A stretch of 64,000 nt of DNA. Source: Schizochytrium sp. TIO01. Its lineage: Eukaryota; Protista; Bigyra: Labyrinthulomycetes. This document shows positions 47,998-59,152 of this stretch, in pieces. Location of the stretch: positions 6,244,761-6,308,760 of the forward strand of contig SMSO01000031.1 of NCBI GenBank assembly GCA_004764695.1, read 5' to 3'. Position 1 is the stretch's first letter, and every line of letters begins with the position of its first letter. A program made the translations under genes and the position numbers. Under the pieces are notes generated by a model. The model ran no database searches and had not been told where the DNA came from. It saw only the letters and a list, made by a program, of their open reading frames with translations.

Positions 47998-49866
47998 CTA
48001 AACAAAGCTATATATGCTCGCGTTAAGAGCCCAATCTTGATGATACATGCGACGCTCTTTGAAGCATTCTTGGCAATGCCTGTGAGTCTCTTCTTGTGAA
48101 AACATGCTAGCTTGATCAGGAACCTCCTGGGTTGATACAATTCGGTGTTCTGGATCGACAACAAAAAACGCCAGCATTCGTGATCTACAATGCCGATCAA
48201 GGGGGTTCCGCACGGTCGAAAGGTTGACGATATGGCTTGATGGATATATTATTACTCGGCCTGCAGCAGTGTTTGAGCAACCTAGTGGAAGAAGCTCGTT
48301 TCTTCTTGAATTGCGGAACGCTTCATCATAGTTTTGAAACTCTTGTTCTAGATAGTCACGTTCACACGGCAGGTAGTTCCTGCGCACCAAACTTTCTCCT
48401 CCTTCGAGCTCTTCATCGAGGTCGATACAAAGAACGCAAGTGGCAATGATATGTTCATGAAAGACCCCCCCGACGTGCCATATATTTCCATCAGCATATC
48501 CTGGGGGCATGTCATGTTCTAAGATCTTGACAACAACCTGAAGCGAAGTTCCAGCAAGATTAACTCGCTCCAGCAAGTTGGGATCTAGAGCGCGCTTGCT
48601 GAAGGGCTTTGGGTTTTGAAAACGTTTCTTGTATAATTTTTCGTACGATAAAACTGACTCCAAGCGCGGAATCATTCTCGTGAAAATCCGACCAAGAACT
48701 TCATAGATTTGTGGGTGAGCTGAGGCTGGCCTGAGATCATTGATATCGTTTCGAATTGTCACGAATTTGTGGCAATCAATGTCAAAATAGGTCGGGAGCC
48801 ACTGGTAGGTAGGCATAAGTATCGGGTTTCCATTTCGATCCTCAATGTTGGAATAGTCTGGCGGCTGTGATAGATCAGAAGATGGTACGAATGGGGATAT
48901 GCCGCGAATGTAAAGATTCATGGCAGGATTGATCAGACCACGCATTCGCCCATCGTGGCCAATAACCTTGAGATCCGGGTAATGACCAGGAGGGCGGGAC
49001 TTGTCTAAATCATCGAGCAAATTATTCAAGGTCTTTCGAAGTTCATCAGACACCAAATCGTCAGCCCAGCAGACCCCCTCCCTGATGGGCCCCATCTGAT
49101 ATTTTGCCCAAATTTCACCTAAGTCAAAGTGCCCTTTAGCTTTAAATTTCCATGAATTTACGTTCATCAAATCTGCTGGGCTTGTGACAGCCACAAAGAT
49201 ACAGTCATTCTGGAAGGGTAAGACTATATGCACGCTTCCGAGGTCCCAAGTAAGTTTCTCGAATCTACCATGCGCCTGAGCTTTCAAGTGTGGCATTGCA
49301 ACGGTCTGACGCCAGCGGGCAGCCTTCATGATCGATTTTTCCAGACCTGCGTCTTGACATTGTGCAGAATCCATCTTCACTAACACAACGACACGTGCAA
49401 ACTGCTCCGAAATGCCTATTTTTAGCACCTTCCCAGCATTTGCAAATGGTTTCCAGGGTTTACGATCCGGGAAGTTGCTTAGAATGCTTGAAATATCAAA
49501 ACTCCCAATACCTCTTTGTTGTTCGTAAAGCCGCTTGAATATTACAATGTCATCGTCATCGTCTATGCTATTTGCATTATTATTGTCTTCTTCGTCACAA
49601 TCGGCCTCCAATTTATCCTTCAGAGTCTTGGCGACCTTGCCCTTTTGGGTAAATTCGAGCAGAAATTCGCTGGACCCTACATCCACATTGACAAGCTGCG
49701 CTCTGGCTTCTGCTCTTCGCATGCTTTTAGAGACCGGAGCCAACAAAGCTTTGGCTTCGCCCTGTGTAAAGAAGGTCGCTACTAGTGACATAACCTCCAC
49801 CACAGCCTCCGCGGACCTCGCCGAAGGTGCCTCCGACCGCCTGCGTTTTGTGCTAGGCTCATCCAT
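47998..49866 (-). CDS. DUF4246-family paralog copy 2 (metal triad degenerate: WHVGG / SHIVNL)
   Basis: Colinear with copy 1 (YQWLPTYFDI, INDLRP, LQVVVKI, FFVVDPEHRIVSTQEVPDQ). Starts MDEPSTKRRR. Confidence 0.85.
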   Translation of the reverse strand: MDEPSTKRRRSEAPSARSAEAVVEVMSLVATFFTQGEAKALLAPVSKSMRRAEARAQLVNVDVGSSEFLLEFTQKGKVAKTLKDKLEADCDEEDNNNANSIDDDDDIVIFKRLYEQQRGIGSFDISSILSNFPDRKPWKPFANAGKVLKIGISEQFARVVVLVKMDSAQCQDAGLEKSIMKAARWRQTVAMPHLKAQAHGRFEKLTWDLGSVHIVLPFQNDCIFVAVTSPADLMNVNSWKFKAKGHFDLGEIWAKYQMGPIREGVCWADDLVSDELRKTLNNLLDDLDKSRPPGHYPDLKVIGHDGRMRGLINPAMNLYIRGISPFVPSSDLSQPPDYSNIEDRNGNPILMPTYQWLPTYFDIDCHKFVTIRNDINDLRPASAHPQIYEVLGRIFTRMIPRLESVLSYEKLYKKRFQNPKPFSKRALDPNLLERVNLAGTSLQVVVKILEHDMPPGYADGNIWHVGGVFHEHIIATCVLCIDLDEELEGGESLVRRNYLPCERDYLEQEFQNYDEAFRNSRRNELLPLGCSNTAAGRVIIYPSSHIVNLSTVRNPLDRHCRSRMLAFFVVDPEHRIVSTQEVPDQASMFSQEETHRHCQECFKERRMYHQDWALNASIYSFV

Positions 49867-51120
49867 CGCTGCTGGGCAGTAACAGCCGGCACTGGCAACC
49901 TCAGCAGGGACTATATTCAAGACTCCCGCGATCAGCTATGGTGACCGAGCAACAAGTCAAGCAGTCTGCAGGCCTTAGAACAGCAAAGCTTGCTGAGTTA
50001 TGAAGTGCAACATAACAATCAATTGCCCCATTTTTTTGTTCTGTCAACTTTTGTCAATTTTTGTCCGTCCAAAGAGTTCTTTTCGTCATTTGTTTTCATT
50101 TAATTACTAGTAAAAAAAAGAAAAGAAAAAAAGAAAGGAATGTGCTTTGTGTCCAAATGTATAAATGGGCGACCACGAAATTCTTCAGATAGGCTTCAGC
50201 TTATTCTGGTGTATGTTTGTGATGTTGCTGATGCTTTGCGCTTAGCTTTTGTGTCTTGATATTGTACTTTTCTATTCTTGTTGCTGATGATGATTACATT
50301 CTTCTTTCCGTCCATTCTTGATATGTCTGTGATTGTTCCTGTGAAAGAATACTACAAAAAACACTTCGCTGGTTATTTTTGTTTTACAGATTAAAAAACA
50401 AACTTTATCCTTGTTGAGTCGAAGGCGTTGACCGCAAATCTCTATCTGAAGGCTGCTTCGTGCACAGAACCTTTGCGCTGGCGGTGAGGGGGCGCAAGAA
50501 CCTGGTAGGGCCTCGTCGGACACAGGTTTATGTTTAAAGAAGTCTCCTCACGACAAACTTTGCATATGTATATTCAGATCTTCGGGCGAGGGAGAATCTG
50601 AGGCACGTTCTCTAGAATACGGGAGCGTCTGTAGCGCGAGCTTTGCACTTGAGGACTGGAAATCGGAGCTGCTAGAGCTGGTGTTCCAGGTGTGAGGATA
50701 CTGCGTGGAACCTAAGAAGCCTATAGATCGGTTGGATCTAAGACTGCGAGATCTTGGCGTGCACTTAGGCTTGTGCAGAACTTTTGGGGAGCAAATCTGC
50801 ATAGATACCGGCCTTGGAATTCAAGAAGAGCGTTCCTTGCCCAGCAGACGAGAGGAATTGCTTCGTCTGGCTTTTAGAATCGTGTTGAGGTGTCGAACTG
50901 GCATGAAAGTCGTTGTGACCAGTCACTAGATGAGCTTGCAAGTTTCCAACAACTGAATAAATAGAACCTGTAAAGTGCCAAGATAGAGGTACTAGAACAA
51001 TTGTTCTTCTGGAGATAAAATATTTGTGATCTTTTCGTCAGCAAACCTTGAAAAATACTGTTGCGGGCTTCAAGTAATTATTTTGCTGACGAAATCACTT
51101 TATCGTATCAAAGACACCCA

Positions 51121-52935
51121 ATGAAAAATTCACAGCGTCCAGCTAAACGGGCCCGGCGAACACACGATGCAGCCATTTCACGCGAGATGGCAATAGACAT
51201 TATTATGCCAAGTGTTGCAAGTTTTTTCACTCAAGCTGAAGTGCGATCGTTATTGGTCCCGGTTTCCAAGTCCGTGCAAAGAGCAGCGGCGCGAGCCCCA
51301 GTTATTACTGTCAATACTGGGTCGCAGCGGTTTCTCTATGAAATCACCAAATCCGAACTGACCTCAAGGGTACGCCACCGCACGAATGATCGTACAAGCC
51401 TAGATGTTGACGAGGATGATGATAGTGACGAAGAAGGGTTTAACATCGCAAGAATTCTTGCTCCGTTTCCGAACAATGTGACATGGTCACCTTTTGAAAA
51501 TGCTGGCCCAGTTCTAAAAATGGGTGTCTACGATCAATACTCGCGTCTTGTTGTTCTGGTAGCACTCACTGAAGAGCAAATTCTTCGTGCAGGGCTAGGA
51601 CTCGAAGAAGCCCAGACTGCCAAACGTAGAGAAAATGTAAACCTGTCACGACTTAGCCCCAGGGCAGATGGAGAAAAATTTGAGGAGCTCACTTGGGATC
51701 TTGACAAAGTCACCGTTATTGCGCCATTTGAAAATGGCGTGCTCAAGGTCGCAGTAATGAGTCCTGCCGACTTGAACGGGGTAGGATCATGGACCTTCAA
51801 ATCGCGAGGACTTTTTGAGCTTGGTGACGTTTGGGCAAAGCATCAGCTGCAGAATGTCTCAGAAGGCGTCTCATGGACGGATTGCACAGCAACGCAAGAG
51901 CTTTTTGCTGAAATAAATGAAGCTGTTGAAAATTATGGACGTGAGCACTCTCCTCTTGTCCCTCCAGGAGCAAACAAGGTTGTTCATATCTATGTGACAC
52001 CCACTTTACTTCCTTTTATTAGAGGTGTTTCTAAATTTGTTCCTTCTGCTGACTTAGCTGATCCTCCCGTATTCGGAGGTCGTACGAGTCAGCTTGACGA
52101 TGATGACATGAGCATTCCACTCGAGATGCCAAAGTACCAATGGCTTCCTGCATACTTTGATCTCGATGCCAATAAGAATGCTACCATTCGTACGGATATC
52201 TCTGGTTTACGCCCGGCTTCTGCCTTTCCTGAATTGTATGATTGTTTCGCGCGCCTATTCAGTCTCGCAGTACCAAGAATTGAAGGGGTTTTGGCTTACA
52301 ATCGGTGGTTTCGAAGACGGTTACAGGCAAGGAAAGAAACGAACATTATGCCTGAGCTAGAGCGAATTGACTTATCAGGGACATCATTACAAGTGATGAT
52401 AGTACTAGCAGATTACGTTCTCCAGCCAGGAGAGTCCTTCAATTCGAAATGGTTCTTGCGTGGGATGTTTCATGAGCATATTGAAGTCACATGTTTGTAT
52501 ATCCTAAGTCGGGACGAAGAGATTGAAGGGGCCGATATTCTCTTTCGACGATGGTTTTTTCAAGAGGAAAGAGATTACTTGAGAGAACAATTTTCCGATT
52601 GCGACCCCGCATTTCGCCAAACCTGGACTACAGCTTTTAAGCCTCTTGGTTCGATAGCTACTCCAGCACATCGTAGTATTGTAGTTCCAGCAACGCATTT
52701 GATTAATCTTCATGAAATGAAAAACACATCAAATAAAACTGCTCGCTGTCGCACACTTGTGTTTTTTGTCGTCGATCCAGAAAAACGCATCGTCTCAACT
52801 CAAGAGGTTCCCGACCAGAAGGACTTATTCACATCAGATGAAGTCCTTCACCATGCCACCGAAATGATGAGGGAGCGGCATAGATCGCAACAAGATTTGG
52901 CAGTCTATTTAGATTACATTAGCGGAATAATTTGA
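51121..52935 (+). CDS. DUF4246-family paralog copy 3 (metal triad absent: WFLRG / THLINL)
   Basis: Colinear with copy 1 (KYQWLPAYFD, ISGLRP, SLQVM, FFVVDPEKRIVSTQEVPDQ). Starts MKNSQRPAKRARR. Confidence 0.85.
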   Translation: MKNSQRPAKRARRTHDAAISREMAIDIIMPSVASFFTQAEVRSLLVPVSKSVQRAAARAPVITVNTGSQRFLYEITKSELTSRVRHRTNDRTSLDVDEDDDSDEEGFNIARILAPFPNNVTWSPFENAGPVLKMGVYDQYSRLVVLVALTEEQILRAGLGLEEAQTAKRRENVNLSRLSPRADGEKFEELTWDLDKVTVIAPFENGVLKVAVMSPADLNGVGSWTFKSRGLFELGDVWAKHQLQNVSEGVSWTDCTATQELFAEINEAVENYGREHSPLVPPGANKVVHIYVTPTLLPFIRGVSKFVPSADLADPPVFGGRTSQLDDDDMSIPLEMPKYQWLPAYFDLDANKNATIRTDISGLRPASAFPELYDCFARLFSLAVPRIEGVLAYNRWFRRRLQARKETNIMPELERIDLSGTSLQVMIVLADYVLQPGESFNSKWFLRGMFHEHIEVTCLYILSRDEEIEGADILFRRWFFQEERDYLREQFSDCDPAFRQTWTTAFKPLGSIATPAHRSIVVPATHLINLHEMKNTSNKTARCRTLVFFVVDPEKRIVSTQEVPDQKDLFTSDEVLHHATEMMRERHRSQQDLAVYLDYISGII

Positions 52936-53910
52936 TTCTTTTATCTGAAGTGCATACTCAACTATCTCTTTCGCCATACTCGCACCTACCTAATGATTAC
53001 CATCCATTACAAATAAATTAATAATTTTAATTTTAATTGTTAAATAAATAACTTTTTTTTAATAAAATTATCATAATAAGTCAACCCAGCCTACCAATCG
53101 AATATTTTTATTTATTTAAAAAAAATCGTTTAAAAGGAAGAAACGAAAACGAAAAATGAAAGAAACAAAGGTAAAGTAAAATTAAATCATAGGTACAGTG
53201 CATGATTTACAGCTTCATGAGCTCAAGTAGTTTACAAAAAACTTGGGTTCCCTAGGCACCAGTGCTCGATCGTATCAGGAAGTGCTTGAAAGCTTTCATT
53301 ACCTTGAAGTCCGTCTTGACAAATCACAATCTTTATTGCAGTAAATCAGAGACTATTATTTCCTCGTATATTGATCATGAGATCTTCGGCAGAACGAGGC
53401 AGGTCAAACATTGATTCTTCTCCAAGACTCAGGGAGAATTAAAAATCGTAATCCTGCATTACTCATTAAAACTTCAATACACGCTACTTAAGTCTTTTCC
53501 TGGTTCACTGATTCCAGTTTACGACTGATTTTCATCCTAGTATAGGAATTGAAGGGAATCGATAGCCTTGGAGACCATGTCTTGATAAAATTTGGGCTAC
53601 AACAAGAAACTCATCCTGAGGAGAGGGATCAGTCGAGTGCTCAAACAAACTACGCTCGCGGACGTGCGTAGACATGATGGGAAGTGGTGTGTCATAAGCC
53701 CATGTGCATTCTCAAATTAAAGCGCTTTTGTGCCGTACATTAACTTTAGCATTTTCCTTCTTCAAGTTACTTTTTCTTTTCTAAAGCAAAGTAGATATCA
53801 CAATTGGGCCAGTTCGCCGTGCACTAGGAAATTCGAGACCAAACAAGCTAGCTAGCTTGCTACGGTCTTCACGGGTTAGGTGTACTGGAGAGCCCAAAGT
53901 AGCTGCAGCC

Positions 53911-55770
53911 ATGAACCATGCTTCCAAGCGCGCGAGGTCGGAGTCAAGTCTAACTAAGCCAGACGAAGCATCTGCGGTCATGGAGTTCGTCCTGCCCTTG
54001 GTGGCCACTTTTTTCACACAAAGCGAAGCCAGGGCTCTCCTCGCACCACTATCCAAAGGCGCCAGAAGAGCTGTTGCAAGAGCACAGATTGTAACCATGG
54101 AGACCCATACACGTGGCTTTCTTGAGGATGTTCTCTCAATGATTACACCTAAGAGCGTTCCAACTGATGAGAAGACCAACAACACAGAAATCAATACTAA
54201 TGATGATGAGGATATTTTGGGCCTTGAGTCCGATGAGGATAACAGTCGCGGCTTTGATATCTCCAGCATCCTTCACCGCATGCCTGCGGGTCATATCTGG
54301 AGACCATTCTCAAATGCAGGGCAAGTTTTACGAATGGGTATTTCCGAGCAGTATGATCGAGTTGTGATCCTTCTTGCGATGTCACAGAACGAATGCGCAG
54401 CAGCAGGACTTGACGTAGAGAAGCTGCACTCACTCAAGCGCAGAGATATTGTGGCGTTACCGGGCCTTCAGAGTCAATCTCACGGTGATATAGAGGAACT
54501 AGAGTGGGAGCTGAATTCGGTCCATGTCGTGAAGCGATGCCAAGATGGCAGCTTGTTGGTTGCCCTATTAAGTCCTGCAGATTTGGGGAATGTGGGATCT
54601 TGGAAAATCAAAGCAAGAGGGCATTTTGCTCTTGGCAAGCTGTGGGCGAAACATCAAACAAAGAACATCATTGAAGGTGTTACATACGGCGATGATCTGA
54701 TGCCACAGGATCTTCTTGCAGATGTAAACCAAGAAATCGACAATTTAAAGACTGGCAATATGCTTGTTGGAATCGACTACTATGGAGACCACATGTCTGT
54801 TTATGTCGCACCAGACCATCCTCCCTTTGTTCGTGGGGTAACGCCATTCGTTCCATCAAAAGATCTCGCGAGTGTTCCTGAGCTGCTTGATGAAGATGGA
54901 AATCCAATAGAAGATCGAAATGGAATGCCCATCGTCATGCCGACGTACCAATGGCTCCCCGCGTACTTTGACATTGATGAACATAAGAATGTGTCAATTC
55001 GTACCGATATCAATGGACTACGGCCTGGATCAAATTACCCCAAGCTTTATGATGGCATCGCACGGTTGTTTAAGATTGCCATTCCTCGTCTTGAGGCTGT
55101 GATGGCTTACTCAAATCAATTTCGGAATTGCTTAAGAAGTGCAGAAAATCGAGGTATTGGTGGTGCTTCACGTGGTCCTGTAAATTTTCAACTGGGGTGT
55201 ATCAACCTCGCAGGACAGTCTCTTCAAGTTATGACGAAAATTGTGGACTATGTCCTCGAGCCAGGTGAATCGTATGGAACTGAGTGGCACGTCGGTTGTA
55301 TGTGTCATGAGCGAGCTATAGCTGCATGCTTCTTTATTTTAGATCGTGACGAAGGTATTGATGGCGGCGATGTTCTTTTCCGACGTTGGTTCCTGGAAAC
55401 TGAGCGACAAATGCTCATGCAACATTTCAAAGATAGTGACTCGCAGCTCCGAGACATGTGGAAGTGCGCCTTTTGCCCTCTAGGCAAAGTTGCAACTCCA
55501 GATGGCCGGGTTTTCGTTCTTCCAATGAGTCACCCGCTTAATGTACAGCCCATGATAAACACGACGAATCGCACGTTGCGTTGTCGTACTATGGCACTAT
55601 TTGTAGTTGATCCTGCACACCGTATTGTATCAACCCAAGAGGTCCCTGATCAATCATTGACTATGAGCGAAGAGGAGTGTCAAGAGCACGCAAGGAAACT
55701 TTATAATGAACGTCGTATGTATCAGCGAGACTTGGCTGTCTATCAAGATTACCTAAGTGGATTTATTTGA
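53911..55770 (+). CDS. DUF4246-family paralog copy 4 (WHVGC / SHPLNV)
   Basis: Intact 619-aa ORF colinear with the other copies. Starts MNHASKRAR. Confidence 0.87.
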   Translation: MNHASKRARSESSLTKPDEASAVMEFVLPLVATFFTQSEARALLAPLSKGARRAVARAQIVTMETHTRGFLEDVLSMITPKSVPTDEKTNNTEINTNDDEDILGLESDEDNSRGFDISSILHRMPAGHIWRPFSNAGQVLRMGISEQYDRVVILLAMSQNECAAAGLDVEKLHSLKRRDIVALPGLQSQSHGDIEELEWELNSVHVVKRCQDGSLLVALLSPADLGNVGSWKIKARGHFALGKLWAKHQTKNIIEGVTYGDDLMPQDLLADVNQEIDNLKTGNMLVGIDYYGDHMSVYVAPDHPPFVRGVTPFVPSKDLASVPELLDEDGNPIEDRNGMPIVMPTYQWLPAYFDIDEHKNVSIRTDINGLRPGSNYPKLYDGIARLFKIAIPRLEAVMAYSNQFRNCLRSAENRGIGGASRGPVNFQLGCINLAGQSLQVMTKIVDYVLEPGESYGTEWHVGCMCHERAIAACFFILDRDEGIDGGDVLFRRWFLETERQMLMQHFKDSDSQLRDMWKCAFCPLGKVATPDGRVFVLPMSHPLNVQPMINTTNRTLRCRTMALFVVDPAHRIVSTQEVPDQSLTMSEEECQEHARKLYNERRMYQRDLAVYQDYLSGFI

Positions 55771-57292
55771 GTGAGAATGTGGATGATCTTCAATTTGATT
55801 AGCTTTGAATCTGTTACCGTTTTCTAATGGAAGAGATGAATGAGGGCGGTTTTCAGTAGTTTGCTAATTTGTTCATCCGTTTTAATCAAAGGCGAATGAA
55901 TATAACGAGGAGACCGCGACACATGAAACACCTTCTCTTCTAAGTTTCCAGTCCCATGCATGTTTAAGGAGATGAAGATACTTTTGTACCAAAGCCCTTA
56001 TTTCAAGCGATTTGACAAGCATTAGCAGGTGGCATAATGTAACCAAACACATTACGCTTACTGTGACCTTGCACAAGGATGATTTGAAGCAAGGAGACCA
56101 AAACGCAGCTAGAATCGAGCGTCCGCTTCTTGATGTTTTTTCTAGAACATCGATTCCAAAGTCTTACACTGGTTCCTCGAGAAATCTTTCTGTGCATCCT
56201 TCACCTATTGTTACTCTCGTAAATTCTCTCCAGAATTGCCGATCTTGATCGGCGAAACCATTTGATTCTTTCATTATTAATTTTACACCAGCACCTTTAA
56301 TATTTATCATCTACGCACCTATAGAGTATTTTATGAAAAAAACAAAAACAAAACCAAAACACTTCTATTTATTTTTAAAAATGAATTAAAAAAATTACAT
56401 GTTGATTTTTGTTTCTGTCATTGTATATGTGATAAACTAAATTAGTCCCCTGCATTCTGATATAATAAATCAATAACTTTGTGCAGAGGTTCATGGCACA
56501 CATGATTCCCCCAAAAACGAAGCTTCCTCGGCGTCTGTGGTCGCTTAGGGATCGTGTGGAAACTTTCGTCATGATCTTGTAATTAAAGTCCGTGTTCGTT
56601 TTATTATTATTATTTTATTTTTTTATTTTTATTTTTTTGTTTAAAAGTAATACATAAACAAATAATTGTCATTACTGATATTATTGTGATGATTAAAAAT
56701 TTAATTACCACTGGCAGTCATTCTTTTTCTATTATAACTGTTCAATGACTGATTTATTGTGACTAAAAAAGAGTGTTGTTACAATGCGTCACCCATCAGA
56801 TACTGGATACCTTGAAGACTACAGACTACGTAGTATATAGATTGGACATGAGTTGGGAGCGCGAGTCCTTTTAAAACTTCCAGCAGAACGAGGAAGACTT
56901 CGCGGATCAAATGCGGAACCTTGGAACCAAGGGGTTAAAAAATCTCGGGAGCCTGATCCGCTTAGCGAGCTTGAGGTTTCAAGGAAAGTTACTCGCGACG
57001 TCCATTCATGAAAGAGTTTAAGATGTCGTTTGGATATGGCCATCAGTGGTGAAAGGGACTCAGCAAGATAGCAATCTTCAGTTGAACATGGGGTTCTGTA
57101 TGGAACTCATAGCTATAGACAGCATTGCTATTAATCCTGTGCACCTTTAGTGAATTAAGGTTTTTGAGTCATCTTTTCGCATACTACCCAAGACCATTTT
57201 CAACAACGTGAGACCTTGTCTGCCGAGTCGCGAGTCGCCTGTTGATGCATACGCGGGTCAGGTGTACTGGAGATCTCAAAGCAGCTGCAGCC

Positions 57293-59152
57293 ATGAACCA
57301 TGCTTCCAAGCGCGCGAGGTCGGAGTCAAGTCTAACTAAGCCAGACGAAGCATCTGCGGTCATGGAGTTCGTCCTGCCCCTGGTGGCCACCTTTTTCACA
57401 CAAAGCGAAGCCAGGGCTCTCCTCGCACCACTATCCAAAGGCGCCAGAAGAGCTGTTGCAAGAGCACAGATTGTAACCATGGAGACCCATACACGTGGCT
57501 TTCTTGAGGATGTTCTCTCAATGATTACACCTAAGAGCATTCCAACTGATGAGAAGACCAACAACACAGAAATCAATACTAATGATGATGAGGATATTTT
57601 GGGCCTTGAATCCGATGAGGATAACAGTCGCGGCTTTGATATCTCCAGCATCCTTCACCGCATGCCTGCGGGTCATATCTGGAGACCATTCTCAAATGCA
57701 GGGCAAGTTTTACGAATGGGTATTTCCGAGCAGTATGATCGAGTTGTGATCCTTCTTGCGATGTCACAGAACGAATGCGCAGCAGCAGGACTTGACGTAG
57801 AGAAGCTGGACTCACTCAAGCGCAGAGATATCGTGGCGTTACCGGGCCTTCAGAGTCAATCTCACGGTGATATAGAGGAACTAGAGTGGGAGCTGAATTC
57901 GGTCCATGTCGTGAAGCGATGCCAAGATGGCAGCTTGTTGGTTGCCCTATTAAGTCCTGCAGATTTGGGGAATGTGGGATCTTGGAAAATCAAAGCAAGA
58001 GGGCATTTTGCTCTTGGCAAGCTGTGGGCGAAACATCAAACAAAGAACATCATTGAAGGTGTTACATACGGCGATGATCTGATGCCACAGGATCTTCTTG
58101 CAGATGTAAACCAAGAAATCGACAACCTGAGGACCGGCAACAGACCTATTCGTATTGATCGCTATGGAGCCAATGTGTCTGTTTATATCGCACCGCACCT
58201 ACCTCCCTTTGTTCGTGGGGTAACGCCATTCGTTCCATCAAAAGATCTCGCGAGTGTTCCTGAGCTGCTTGATGAAGATGGAAATCCAATAGAAGATCGA
58301 AATGGAATGCCCATCGTCATGCCGACGTACCAATGGCTCCCCGCGTACTTTGACATTGATGAACATAAGAATGTGTCAATTCGTACTGACATTACTGGGC
58401 TGCGGCCTGCATCAAATTACCCCAAGCTTTATGATGGCATCGCACGGTTGTTTAAGATTGCCATTCCTCGTCTCGAAGCTGTGATGGCTTACTCAAATCA
58501 TTTCAGGAACTGCCTAGGGGCAGCAGAGAATCGAGGTATTGGTGGTGCTTCCATCAGTCCTGTAACCTCTCAACTAGACCGCATCAACCTCGCAGGACAG
58601 TCTCTTCAAGTTATGACGAAAATTGTGGACTACACGTTAGAGCCGGGTGAATTTTATGGAACGGAGTGGCACGTCGGTTGTATGTTCCATGAGCGAACAG
58701 TTGCTACATGCTTCTTTATTTTGGATCGTGACGAAGGTATTGATGGCGGCGATGTTCTTTTCCGACGTTGGTTCCTGGAAACTGAGCGACAAATGCTCAT
58801 GCAACATTTCAAAGATAGTGACTCGCAGCTCCGAGACATGTGGAAGTGCGCCTTTTGCCCTCTGGGCAAAGTTGCAACTTCAGATGGCCGAGTTTTCGTT
58901 CTTCCGACGAGTCACCCTCTCAATGTGCGGCCCATGGTAAACACGACGAATCGCACGTTGCGTTGTCGTACTATGGCACTATTTGTAGTTGATCCTGCAC
59001 ACCGTATCGTATCAACCCAAGAGGTCCCTGATGAATCATTGACTATGAGCGAAGAGGAATGTCAAGAGCACGCAAGGAAACTTCATAATGAACGTCGTAT
59101 GTATCAGCGAGACTTGGCTGTCTATCAAGATTACCTAAGTGGATTTATTTGA
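57293..59152 (+). CDS. DUF4246-family paralog copy 5, near-duplicate of copy 4
   Basis: Same length as copy 4 (1860 nt, offset 3382). Near-identical except in discrete patches. Confidence 0.87.
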   Translation: MNHASKRARSESSLTKPDEASAVMEFVLPLVATFFTQSEARALLAPLSKGARRAVARAQIVTMETHTRGFLEDVLSMITPKSIPTDEKTNNTEINTNDDEDILGLESDEDNSRGFDISSILHRMPAGHIWRPFSNAGQVLRMGISEQYDRVVILLAMSQNECAAAGLDVEKLDSLKRRDIVALPGLQSQSHGDIEELEWELNSVHVVKRCQDGSLLVALLSPADLGNVGSWKIKARGHFALGKLWAKHQTKNIIEGVTYGDDLMPQDLLADVNQEIDNLRTGNRPIRIDRYGANVSVYIAPHLPPFVRGVTPFVPSKDLASVPELLDEDGNPIEDRNGMPIVMPTYQWLPAYFDIDEHKNVSIRTDITGLRPASNYPKLYDGIARLFKIAIPRLEAVMAYSNHFRNCLGAAENRGIGGASISPVTSQLDRINLAGQSLQVMTKIVDYTLEPGEFYGTEWHVGCMFHERTVATCFFILDRDEGIDGGDVLFRRWFLETERQMLMQHFKDSDSQLRDMWKCAFCPLGKVATSDGRVFVLPTSHPLNVRPMVNTTNRTLRCRTMALFVVDPAHRIVSTQEVPDESLTMSEEECQEHARKLHNERRMYQRDLAVYQDYLSGFI

